Of a DNA stretch of 64,000 bases, positions 1 through 12,100 are shown in pieces; the first letter of the stretch is position 1, and the number at the start of each line of letters is the position of its first letter. The notes beneath the pieces are model-generated. The model saw nothing but the letters and a program-made list of their open reading frames with translations, ran no database searches and had not been told where the DNA came from. Source of the stretch: Podarcis melisellensis (Eukaryota); assembly GCA_964234715.1 (NCBI GenBank), contig OZ174290.1. One strand, given 5' to 3'. The position numbers and the translations under genes were made by a program.

Positions 1-195
1 TAAATGGGCAGAAGATGGGAGGGAGGGAGCCAGAACCAATGGCTCAGCGTCCCAAGGCTGGGCTGGAGGGGATTGGGTCCCTGCAGCAGGAGCAGACTGG
101 CTGCTTCTGTTCTCAAAGAAGGTGCAGAGACCAAAGTGGAGCCTCCGGTCCTGGGCTGAAGATGGAGAGGCTCCTCTGCCCCCAGGGTGACTCAC

Positions 196-287
196 GTGAG
201 GAAGTGGGGGTGGTTCTTGATTGTCTCCTCCAGTTTCACCAGGAAGGTCGTGTCGGTGGCGTCTCCAGGCCGCAGGCACTCCTCATC
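196..287 (-). CDS. MYO1C: MYO1C coding exon ([31 protein letters not shown])
   Basis: CAG acceptor at 288-290, GTGAGT donor, 92 nt; myosin motor DEEC motif. Confidence 0.95.
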
Positions 288-706
288 CTGCCGGGAGGAA
301 ATGGAAGGACTTGGGGGTCTAGCAGGAAACACCACCCTCCTCCTCCCCCCAAGACCATCATGGGAGCCTTTCAGAGCAGATGGAAGCCTCCGGAGGATCG
401 GGTGGGGGCTTGCAGGGGTCCCCAGGAGGCTGCCCGCTGACCAACGTGGCTAATGGGCCCAAAGGAGGGAGCAGTGGGGGTGGGGGCCCAGGAGGGCATC
501 TCCTGGGCTGTGGGGCTCCCTCCCTCCCTCCCAACAGAGGTGCCTCTCTTGTGAAGCTGCAGACAGACAATGTATGTTTTCAGAACCTTCCCTATTCCTT
601 TGACCGTAAATTGTTTCCACCAATTAAAATCTTGCCTTTTTGCAGCCCTGGGACCTTTGGGGAAGGACGGGACAGAAATGCTATTCCACCCCCCACCAAC
701 AACAGC

Positions 707-755
<49 letters not shown>

Positions 756-3700
756 TTATTTATACCACAACCATCTGGCTAAGTTTCCCCAGCCACCCTG
801 GGCGGCTCACAGCATATATAAAAACATACTAAAACATCAAACGTTGAAAAATTTCCCTGAGCAAAGCTGCCTTCAGATGTCTTCTAAAAGTCAGATAGTT
901 GTTTATTTCCTTAACATCTGAAGGGAGGGTGTTCCACAGGGAGGGAGCCACTACCGAGAAGGCCCTCTGCCCACAATCTTCTCACACCCTCTTCTTCAAA
1001 ACGTCCTTGAGGACTTACCAAGACTGAAATGATGCCTTTGAATTTCTCTTCCACTAAGTCACAGATGATCTTGTTGTTGAAGTACTGGACAGGTTCCCAC
1101 TGCAAAAAGGAAGCGAGAGAGTCTGAGTGAAATAGGCCCCGCTCAGGAGGAGAGGCGCATGGGGGAGCAGCTGGAGGCACCAGCCGGCTGGGCTCCCCCT
1201 TTGGCCTTAGGGGGCACAAGGGGAAACCCCTCATTGCCAAGAGTCAGGCCCTAAGGCCTCAACTCCTTGCCCTTCAAAGGAGAAGTGATGGATGCCACGT
1301 TCTTAGGCACCTCTCATTCAACAGAAACGTGGCCAGTAATCCAAAGGGCAAGGGCTCAGCAGAGGCCGGCTGGCCAAAGGGCTGACTCTATTTTCAACTG
1401 GACTAAGTAAGTCAGCCTCCTGAGGTGTAAATGGCAGCCCCTTCCTCACTGGGAGAGCAGAGGAGCCCCCCCCCCATCACCACTGCCTGCTCTTACCGCA
1501 ATTCCCTCAGCCTCGTATTCCTCCTGCTCCGATTTCAGCGTGAGCTCGATGAAGAGCTGCTGCAACTTTTCATTGCAGTAATTGATGCAAAACTGCTCAA
1601 AGCTGCAAAGGAGGGAAGGCAGAAAAGAGCTCTTGGCCCCAGCAGAGACTCTGACCCCCCTCCCCCTACAAGCACAGTCATGGGTGGCAGAGCGAGACCC
1701 ACCTCCCTGCTGGCGCTGGGTCTTCTCACGGCCATGCTGGCCTGCGGCAACCGGGGATGCCGAGTTTCAGTGGCACAGCACAAGGTCAGAGACAAACCCT
1801 GGTGGAGAGCAGCCTGAGGCCAGCCCTGTGCCAGGCAGCCCCTTGGAAGACAGGCAGCCCCGTCCTCTTCCTCCACCTGGGCAGGAGCCAGGAAAACCCA
1901 CCTGTTGTGCTGGAAAACCTCGAAGCCGTAGATGTCGAGCAGCCCCAGGACGGAGGCGCTGCTTCTCCAGCCCAGGCGCTCCGTCTCCTGCCAAAAGGCA
2001 CAGGGGAGTGAGAGCCCCGCTGGGAACGGCACCCTCCCCTTGCCCCCTGCCCTGCCTGCCTGGAAAACGGGGACTTTGCTCCTGTCCCAGCAAAGCCACC
2101 CTTGCAGAAGGAGGCCTGCTCCTTGTGGGCCCCTTTTCCAAAGCAAGGCCTCCTCCACGGAGGGTGCCGCCCAGAACCCAGCGGCCGTCATGGGGAGAAG
2201 AGGCTGCTGACCTTGTAGGCGAGGGACTTGTTGATCTTGCCCACGAGCCAGGAGAAGGTGCGCCCGTAGATGGCCTTGGCGAGGGCATCCCGTGCGTAAG
2301 CCGCCTGCTCCAGGTTGAGGGGGCTGACCAGCTGCAAGGAAGGAGCTGCCGTCAGCCTCTCTCCGGCCAGCGGACCCGGGGGGGACCAGGTACCCAAACT
2401 ACCTCCCATGGATATGGCCACAGTGACCATCACCAGGAAACACCCCTGGGTTGGGTTGGTCACCTCCCCCCCCCCCCGCGGCAGTCAGCCGGCCAACCCT
2501 CTTACCTCTTCCCCCTTGGCGATGATCTTCTTGTGGGTCAGAGCCTCTCGAAGCAAAGTCCCTTCAACCCCCAGGAGCTGCAAGGCAGAAAAAGGAGAGC
2601 CACGGCTGAAGAGCCACAGCCAGAGCAGCCTCTGCCCACATCAGAGGAAAAGGCTCCTTCTCAGCCCTGAGAGGAGGAGGAAGGCAGAGACCCAAACTGG
2701 GGGAGGAGTGATGGTGCAGTGCAGCCGGGAGAGAGAGAAGGTGCCACCTGCCCCACCTCTGCTTAGCATCAGAGAAAGGGTGTTATTATCTCTCCTCACT
2801 TTAGAAGAGAATGGAAGTTTGGGGGGTGGTTTGGCCTCTTCTCTTCCAGCAGCTGTGACTAATCCTCACCCCCAAAATATACTGAAGGCCTTATTCACAC
2901 TTTTCAAGTACTCCAAAGTCATTTCCTCTGGCATTCCGTCTACTGACTCCAAGAGCTGCAGGAATAAAACTGTGACCTGCCTTCGTATTCACTGGACATT
3001 GATTCCCCCAATGTTACTTGGCCATCTTTCAGATTCATTCCTTTCTTTGATCCCTTCTAGAATAGAACCCTTTCTCTAGACTTTATGACACACACGTCCC
3101 CCCTAAAAAACAGCCTCCAAGTGATGCAGCTCAGGCCCATTTCCGAAGGTACCTGGGAGCCTTTCGCTCCTCTCCATATCCCGCTCCCCCTGCCCCCTTC
3201 CTGCCAGCTCTGCTACTCACCCTGGCCAGGTACTTGATCTGGTTCTCTGTGGTCACTTGTGCGCTGCCCTCTTCGTCGGCAGCAAACTGCACGTTGCCCA
3301 AGTGCAAGACACTGGCCACAATGCTCAGGAGGTCCTGGGAAGGGAAGAGGGGAGGGCCAGGGAGGGTCACTAGCAGAAGAGCACCACAGAAGGGGACGCA
3401 GGACCAGCCCCCTCCCTCCCAAACACAGGGGGGAGGCAGCAGCAGCAGCCGCAGGAGCAAACGGGGCCTCTTACCTCCACTTCGTTGTCGCTGAAGTTAA
3501 TGACGGACAGGGCCCTGCGCACGCCCTTCCAGTCGCTCTTGTCGTTGATGGAGCTGACTTTGGCACACTGGCCCTGGCAAGAGAGATGGGGAACGTGGGG
3601 AGGAGACCCTCAGCAGCGGAGAGGGGGGGTGCCTTGGCTGCCCCCAAAATGGACAGGCAGCAGGCAGGCAGGCAGGCGGTCCTCAGCTACCGCTCAGCCC

Positions 3701-6700
3701 CACTGCAGGCCCCAGAAAAGCTTCTGCTGGGGGGGGGGGGGTGCAGCGCTTTACCTTCACCAGGTACTGGTACTGGTGGGGGCTCTTCTCCAGGCCCAGC
3801 CTCCGCAGCAGGTCCTCCTCGCCCCCTTCCAGCAGCTGGTAGAAGATGTGGAAGTTCCTCTCGCCGTGGTTCTGGTGCACCACCCGTGACTTCTCAAGGA
3901 GGTAGTTCAGGATGTGGCCCCCAATGGGAGCCCCCTAAGGCAAAGAAGGCAGCAGCTGTGGCTGGCGAGGGCAGAAAGGGAGCCAGCTGCTCAGGACCCC
4001 TTTGCAGAGGGGCAGAGGGAGTCCGCAGCCAAGCAAGAAGGATGCTGCCAGAGCTCTCAGGGTTTCCCCACCAAGCACCTGCAGACCGTCCACCAGGGGT
4101 CAGCCCTGCATGCAGAGCCGCCTTGGAGCGCCCTGCTGCTGGAGCTCTGTCCTCCTCCTCATCTCAGTAACCGGAGCCCACCCCTTCCGGGCCGGTCTTT
4201 CCAATCCAAAGAGCTCAGAAGAGCTCACGTACATTTTCCACAGGGGACATGATGAAAAGCTTTGGGGGCTGGGGGAAACCTGGCTCCACATGAGGACAGA
4301 GAGAGGGGCTCCCCCTACTCCTCCACAGCTCAGAAGATGGGGGTTTTCAGTGGCCCAGTGTGCACATTGCAAAGCAGAAGGGTCCAGTTTCAGCCCCCGA
4401 CGTCACCAGGCGAGGCGGGGAGAGCAGGACGGACCAGGAGGCTAACTCGGTTTGCCCTCCTACGGACTCACCTTATAATCGAACTGGACATCCATGTATT
4501 TCCCGAAGCGGCTGGAGTTGTCGTTGCGAAGGGTCTTGGCATTTCCAAATGCCTGTAGAGGAAGAAGAGGACAACAACTGATCTCCAGACGTGGGGAAAG
4601 GACTCTGGCTCAGGCACAGCCCCTCGGACTGCAGGCCTTGCCTGGCTTGACTTTCTAGCCTGGTCCCCAGCTGGCCTTGACTTGGACTCAAGTGCTGACC
4701 ACTGCAGGGCCTCTCCTGCCTCCACACAGGCATCCTGGGCCAGGGGCTGGCATATGGGCTCCCTTGGTTGTTGGCACCCAGCAGAGCAAACCAGGCCACA
4801 AAGATGGGGCAGGTCCACTGGGGAGGAGCGGCTGTGCTGTGCTGTGTCCCCCCTCTTCCAGGCCCAAAAGCCACAGAGGGGAAGGAGCAGCCGCAGCCTG
4901 GGCACCTTCTGTACTGGGCCTCGTGCTCTTACCTCCAGGACTGGGTTGGACTGCAGGAGCCGGTCCTTGATGGTCTCCACCTGCTCGCTGGCTGGGCAGG
5001 TGACGGCGTAGTACTGCAGCACCTTCTTGGTGGCTTCCGTCTTGCCAGCCCCGCTTTCCCCCGAGATGAGGATGCATTGGTCCTTCCTCTCCGTGCGCAG
5101 AGAGCGGTAGGCATTGTCTGCAATGGCGTAGCTGAGGAGGAGGAGAGAAGCAAAGGGCCACGGTCGTCACCACCCGGCCAGCGCCACCATCCGGCGCTCC
5201 CAGGGCCTGCAGGAGGTGGAGGAAGGAGGCCTGCCTAGGGGGCACCTGTGCCAGAGTTTTGCTTCTACGTCTTCTCTCTTCACCTGCCTGTGCCTTAAAG
5301 AGTTTCTGCTGAGGCTCTTTCTCCAAAATATCTACCATAAACCCAGTATGCATTGACATTAAGACAAAATGTAAAACGAGTGTAAAAGCTGGTTAAAACA
5401 GGGACTGAGACTGATATCGGGTCGGATCCCATCTGGCCAGGGAAAGGCTGTGGCAGCATCTGATTCCCGTGATGCGGCCGTGAGGGGCTGCTTGGCTGTG
5501 GTGCCCCAGCTGGGGAAGGACGCCCCCAAACAGCCTTGCCCAGGGCCCACAGGGCAAATGTTTGGGCACTCAGGGAGGCACTTTCCACTGCTAGAAATCC
5601 TCATCGACGTTCCAAGGATTTTGTCTGCTGGGTCATAATTGAGAATTTGTACCTTTTTGCTGTATGCTGCCCTGGGTGGTATATGGAGAGCAAACTATTT
5701 TAATAAATAAATAAATAAATAAAATTGATAGGGTTTGGGAGAGACTAAATCCCGATTTTAGCATTCTTTTCCACTCCCTCCCTTCTTTGCTTTCCCTCAT
5801 CTCAAGGAGGCTGAAGCTTGTGATCAAGAGCCTGGCAGATCCCACAAGTGGGAAGTTGGGAGGCAGCCTGTCCATCTAAAAGACAGCGCCCCGCCCACTC
5901 AGCATTTCCGTTGGGCCAAATCCCAGGGAACATGGGTAGGGGGGCAGAATGTGACCCGGGATATCCCCTCCTCCCCTCTCTTCCATCTCCCAAAGCAAAG
6001 GCACTCCCTAGATTTTGTACACACACGCCCTGCAAGCCGTGCGGCCGGGTGTTTCGCGCACGAAGGGCTCTTTTGTCTTACGAACCCTCCAAAATTGTGC
6101 TCAGAATCAGCACTCCGCTCTCTAAATGAGGAGTGTTCACCCAGCTATGCAAACAAAGATACTGGTCTCTTAGCAACGTGGGGAATGTTGGGCAGAGGGA
6201 GCAGGAAAAATCCCACCCTCTGCCCTCTCGTGTGCACACACACACACAGAGATTTTCCTATCCTTTGGGTGTGGCTGGCGGCCTGCGGCCCCAGTGGCCC
6301 AGGACAAGCAAGAGGGGGAGGGGGGCTGGCTTGACCCCTGGCGTTACCCACAGGTGAGGAGAGACCTCGTAGAAGCTGACGCCCCGGTAGCGCTCCATGT
6401 GCTGCTTGGTGTAGATCTCCAGGTCCTTGTAGGGATTGACGGAGACCAGGACGGAGCCGATGTACGTCTGCAGAGCAAGGGAGGGAGGGAGGGAGGGGAG
6501 GTCAGGAGGCACAGGGAGGGGGAGAGAGAAGCCTCTGGGACACCTGCCGATCCCTCATAGTGACGCTCTTCTTCTTTGCCTTGAAATCTTCCTCCAAGAA
6601 ATGTTTCCTGCATCCCTCAAACAACTTTGCTTTCAGCTTAGGAGGGGAGGCTTTCTCAGGGGGTTATTACTGGATGTCGTGAGAAACTGGGGGCGGAGGC

Positions 6701-7938
6701 AGAATGGTCTGCCTCCCTCAATGTTTGCCTGTGGGGCTGATGGCAGCTGCACCTCAGTCTGCCCTCCTGGACCCTCTGCTCCAGAACATGCAATGGGACC
6801 GCCCTGCTGGGGCCCAGCACCCAAAGAGAGGGGCTCTGCGGGGCCACGGCTCCCGTCAGGTAGAGCCCCACAGGGAAAGAGGAGGCTGCTGGATGAAGGG
6901 GGCTGCCCCACCCACTCCACTCACGTAGATGAGGTTCTCCTTGAACCGCTTGCGCAGATTCTCGATGAAAGCCGCTTCACTGGTGAAGTTCTCCAGCAGG
7001 ACAAAGTCCTGGACTCCCACGCGGTCGCGAGCCGTCAGGGCGCTCTCCATGGCTGCTAGCCGGATCCCGTCACTGCCGACAGGCTACAGGGAGCAACAAG
7101 AGGGGAGGTTGAGCCAGGCGGCCAGAGGTGGACAGGGAGGGAAGCCTCGTCCTGCCTGGGCTGGCTGTCAAGGAAGGGCCAAAGGACGGAGGCCAGAGCA
7201 AGGGCTGGTGGGGCTCAGGGAGAGGCATGTCCACAACAAGGAGGGGACGGAAGTCCACATGCCCCACTCCAGCCCAGCCAACGCCCCTCAGCTGGTTCAC
7301 TACCAAAGTTTTAACATCTCCTAGAGTAAATGAGTCCAAGTCTCAGAAGCCACAAACGGCAATGCAAATCAGGATCCTTCCCAGGAAGGCTGCGAGGCAG
7401 AAGGGAGCGGCTTTCCCCAACACACACACACTCCACTGGCATCCCGTCCAGGCCTCCAGGTCCTGCCCTTGGCCAGCAACACCGTGCACATGCCATGGGC
7501 GCTCACCAAATGGTTGGCCAGGTGGAAGCCCATGGGGATGAGAGACCTCTTCTGCTGGATCTGGGCCAACAAGCCCTCGACGTTCATGGCTGGCGCAAGA
7601 GGGAACACAGCGTCCCACGTCCTTCGCTTGCTGGGAGTGGAGTGGAGCGGAGTGAGCCTGCCGGCCTCTCCCCAGCACTGCGCAGAGCCCCCCCCCCCCC
7701 ATGGAGGAAACTTTCCATGCCAACAGGAACATTTCCTCCCCTAGCAAATCCCCAGGAGGCGAGAGGGAGAAAGGAGGCGCACCTGCGCTCCTCAAGCACC
7801 CTCTTAACCTCTCCCTGCTCAGGCCCCGCAGGGAGCCTTTGGGGGTTGGCTACTGGGAGGGGCTCTTCCAAGGGGGGAAGACCTGGAGTTTGGGGGGCAG
7901 AGTGGGGAGAGAAAGGCGGGTGCCTCAGAGGCAGCTGA

Positions 7939-7999
<61 letters not shown>

Positions 8000-9111
8000 C
8001 CCCCCCCATGCCTGCAGGGGCTCCTGGCACTAGCCAGTCCCATCCCACCAGCCAAAAACTCCAGCCCCCTCAGCCCCAGCAGCAAAGGGAGCCCAGAGGT
8101 CTTCCTCCAAACACTGGCTGGCCAAGGAGGGGAAAGCGGCAGCAAGAGGTCACATCCAAGCCGGACACAGAGACCTCTGAGTGAAGGACACCTCCCCGCC
8201 CCAGTCTCCCCAGGTGCCACAGGTACAGTTGGGGGACAAAGTGGTGGCTCTGTGGGGGAGGAGAGCAGTGTGATATATAACCTAGGTGCCATATGGCACC
8301 TTGAATCTGGGTTATGTTCACCACAACGGAACGCCTGCTCGCCAGGGGGGTGGACTAGATGACCCCCAGGATCCCTCCCAGCGCTACATTTCTACGATCC
8401 TATGATCTCAACTGCACTGCCAGATTGTACTTGCTCTTACAACACTTCACTAATCCCAGCGTGCAAGGAGGAGAAACACACAGGGGAAACTATGGATTTT
8501 TAAACTGTGTTTACCAACCTGGCGCCCAGAAATCTCCACACAATCACCACTGGACCTGCGTCAGTAGCAAAACGCACCTGGGGAATTTTGGACACTGGAG
8601 GAGAGGGCAGTGGGGGAGGGGACTCACCACAAACCAAGGGAGACTAAGCCACAGTGATGCCCACCCCATGGGAGGGTGGAAGGAGGGGGAGAAGCAGGAC
8701 CCTCATGGGACCCTCAGCCCCACATAAATCCTGAAGGGTCATCCCTGGCAGGCAGCCCCCTTGGCCAGCCAGATCAGCTGATGGGCCTGTCTGGGACCAG
8801 CCAGCAATGCTCTGCACTGGCTGGCTGCCTTCCCTGGGATGAGGAGGTGGAGGCAAAGGCCCCAGGGCTGGCTGGGAGTGGGCAGCCTCCCCTTCCTCCA
8901 GGACACGTGGCTGGCATGGCTGGCCCACCTGCAGCTTGTCTGCAGACGGGACTGAACCTGCCCGTGGTCCTGAGCCTCTGTCCACTGAAGGGAAGTGCTA
9001 GATAGGGGAAGCGGAATGCAGGCAGGATGGTTTTTTGACTGCCTGGTGATGCAGGCAGTCAAATTCTGGTGCAGTTCTGGTGCTAAACATGATGCAGACG
9101 TGTTCACTGTT

Positions 9112-9191
<80 letters not shown>

Positions 9192-12100
9192 GTTTTGTGC
9201 CAGGATCTTACATGCCTTTCTTGCATCTTGGATTGGGTAAAAGCAAATAAACGTAACGTTTAAAAATAGTACCGTTAGGCGTCTTTCTGAAGCAAACAAG
9301 TGTAAATTCTGCAGTATTTATTCAAACAAGAATTATAAACATTCCCATCATCGGAGGCAGAGCTGTGAGGCCCAAAGGCCACCCAAAGGCACATTGCTTT
9401 GTTGGGGTGGAGAGATATGGGGAAGGAAGGAAGGATGGCCTTTTAGACACACACACACCGGGTTTCCCTTTCCAAAGTAGAAGGAACTTGGGCATATAGA
9501 GAAGTAGTTCAGGCTGCTGCAGCCTCAGGAATTTCCTTGCCTGCCTCTGCTGGACCCCCTTCCACACCCCATAGAAAGGGGTCCTGCTTTCCACCAACCC
9601 CAGAAGCAATTTCCTCCAGAGGCAGAATTGACAACAGAGATGGAGAAGGCTGAGACCCTCCCCACACTCCAGAAGACCCTCACCCCCTTCAGAGGATAGG
9701 CTGGCTGGCTCCACTGCTCCAGTCAAACCATTCGCTGGCCTTTTGATATCTCTCCAGGGTCCCTCCCTCACCCAGACAGACACCCCTCCTCAGCTGCCAG
9801 GAGTTTCACGGGGCGTGGCAATGGCACCATTGTCCCAGGGGGTCCCTGCCCTGGCTGGCAAAGAGGCCCCACGTCACTCTGGCCTGGCTGGGGCAGCCTA
9901 GCATCCAGGCCAGGTGTCAAGAGGACAGGTGGGCAGCCAGGGAGCCCTTCCAAGGTGCCTGGGCCACCCTGCTCCCTCCCTCCCTGCTTGTTGCTCTGGC
10001 CGCCCACTAGGCAAAGCTCCCCTTCCGACTGCAAGACTGAGCATGTCTCACGAGTCGACTTCCTCCTGGTGCGCAAGCCCAGGCCGAGAGCAAAGAGGAA
10101 AGGCAGCAGCAAGGTTTCTCCAGGCCAGCTTCCCCATTGACTCGCAAGCGCTTCTGCTTCCAACTTCCCTTGTCTTGCTGCCCTGCCCCTTGGGCTGGGA
10201 CTTAGGAGGGGGGGTGTGGGTGTCACTCAGCTGTTCCCCTGTAGGCTCAGCCCCCCAAAGGCACCTGAAGGTGTGAGGCCCCAGGGCCACCAGAGGGTCC
10301 TCCGTCAACACCCTTCAGAAGGCTTTTTCGACTGTTTAATGGATTCACAATCCCCCCCCTTGTGACACACACAGAGCAAGGAGACGGGGCAACCCAGAAC
10401 CGTCCCAGGGGCTGCAGCTGAACAAATGGCTCAGCCCTGTTTGTAAGGGCAGGGCTAGCTTCCTCTGAGGTAGGCTGTATCTGGGCAGACTCAGGGGCTG
10501 AAGGCTCCTGTGATAAGGGGCAAGGCTCCTATGAAGGAGGAACATTGCCTGAGGCAGAGTCCATGGCCCAGGATAGAGAGGGGTCACCTGAGGGTGATGA
10601 AGGCTCCCCCTCCACACCAGTTCACCCAGGAGGGGCCCTGGAGGCACGTCAGGCCTAGCTTTCCTGGGTCACTGCAGGACTGGGGGGGGGGGGACAGGAC
10701 GACACCAGAGCCTCACTGCTTGTGGGCTCCCCTCCCCATGTCCTGACCCAGCCAAGAAATAGGCTCCCTCCCCACACCAGATCCAGGAACCCCACAGAGA
10801 AAACCTCCTGAGCTTTGTGGCCACATTGACCACCTCCTCCCAAGTTCAGGTCTGCCCCTGCAGGACAGGGCCACAGGGAGGGGCATCAGCTGGAGGCCAA
10901 GATCAACCCCCAGGAGACCCACGGAGGAATTTCCTGACCCTCCTCGCCCTCTCCCCACCACAGAAGAGCCTTACCACAGCCCTGAACTTCATGGCTGGCC
11001 CTCGCCAGAGTCACGGGCCTCGCTTCTCAAAGCAGGGATCCAAAGGATGTTGCCTCTACTCTCTGCCGCCTCTCTCCTCCCGGCAGCATCGCCCTGGGCC
11101 CTCCAGAAGGCCTTCCCTCATCGCCAGCAGCAGGAGCCCCCCTCCTGGCTCCACGGTGAGCAATGGGCAGCAGAGGCAGGCAGGCGGGCAGGCAGTGGGC
11201 ACACCCTAAATCACAAGCTGCAGCAAAAGCCTCTGCTGGCTGCCTTGGATGAATAGTTCCCTCTCAGCAGGCAAGAGGGAGAAAAAAGGAATCCAAGTGG
11301 CTGGGAAAGTTGGGCCCGAGCCCAGCACTCCTCATAAAAAGCCACAAGGAGGGGGGAGGGAGGGAGGGAGGGAGGGAGGATGGCGGGCCCAGCTTGGCTC
11401 CCAGAGGAGGAGGGCAATGGGGAGATGCCCAGCCAAGGTAGCCCAGGAGGGAGGAGCAGGCGGCCACCGGACCAGATCCACCGGGCAGTGTGAGAAACAC
11501 AAATATACAAGCTAGGGGCTAATGGCGCCTTGAATTCTGGGCACCCAGAAATCTCCACATAGTCGCAAACTGACCCGCAGCAGGAGCAAAAGGGGCCTGG
11601 CGCCTGTCTTCTGTGAGGCAACCCACCAAAAGGCAACAATTGAGCCTTTGCCGCCCTCTTTCCCCAAAGTCCACAATGTCCTGCACACACTTTCCTACAT
11701 CTTGGCCCTCTGGGCAACAACACCCTGTGAGCATCACACACTCACCAAGAGGCTGGGGGAGATCTGGGGTCCAGCCTGCCAACAGGAATTTGCATGGGGG
11801 CTTCCAGATGGGGGGCTGTGCTGGCTCTCCTGCTGCACCGTCACACGGCCCAACCTCCTCTGGATCTCCACATGGCCAAGCCTCTGGGAAACGGGGGGGG
11901 GGGCAAGGGCAGCAAAGGCAACTGAGGGGGTCTTCTTCAGCAGCCTCTTCTTTGCCCGGGGGCGGGGGGGGGGACAGCTGCATGGCTCCCCTTGGCAGTG
12001 GTCGGATCCCGGCCTTCCTGGCCAGACTTGCTCTACGCACAGTTGATAAGCACCTGTTTCCCAGCAGGCCTGGAAGGGGCCAGGTGGAATCTCTCCCTGG

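Noticed and set aside
1582-4170. Long plus-strand ORFs (362, 254 and 303 aa)
   Set aside because: Antisense to MYO1C exons and introns in GC-rich DNA; low-complexity P/G/R/S content with no recognisable domain.
7540-7565. 'IQQKR' in the candidate MYO1C exon as an IQ calmodulin motif
   Set aside because: Does not fit the IQxxxRGxxxR spacing.
8284-8301. Perfect 18-bp palindrome AGGTGCCATATGGCACCT next to a TATA-like TATATAA
   Set aside because: Similar non-palindromic sequence occurs in the MITE-like copies near 11515 and 16810, so it is most likely a repeat remnant. It is also not a CArG box (only four A/T bases).
8628-8669. ATG...GTG|GTGAGT in-frame mini-exon ([14 protein letters not shown])
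   Set aside because: Phase-compatible with MYO1C but adjacent to a repeat, with a weak -3 Kozak base and no homology support; plausible by chance.
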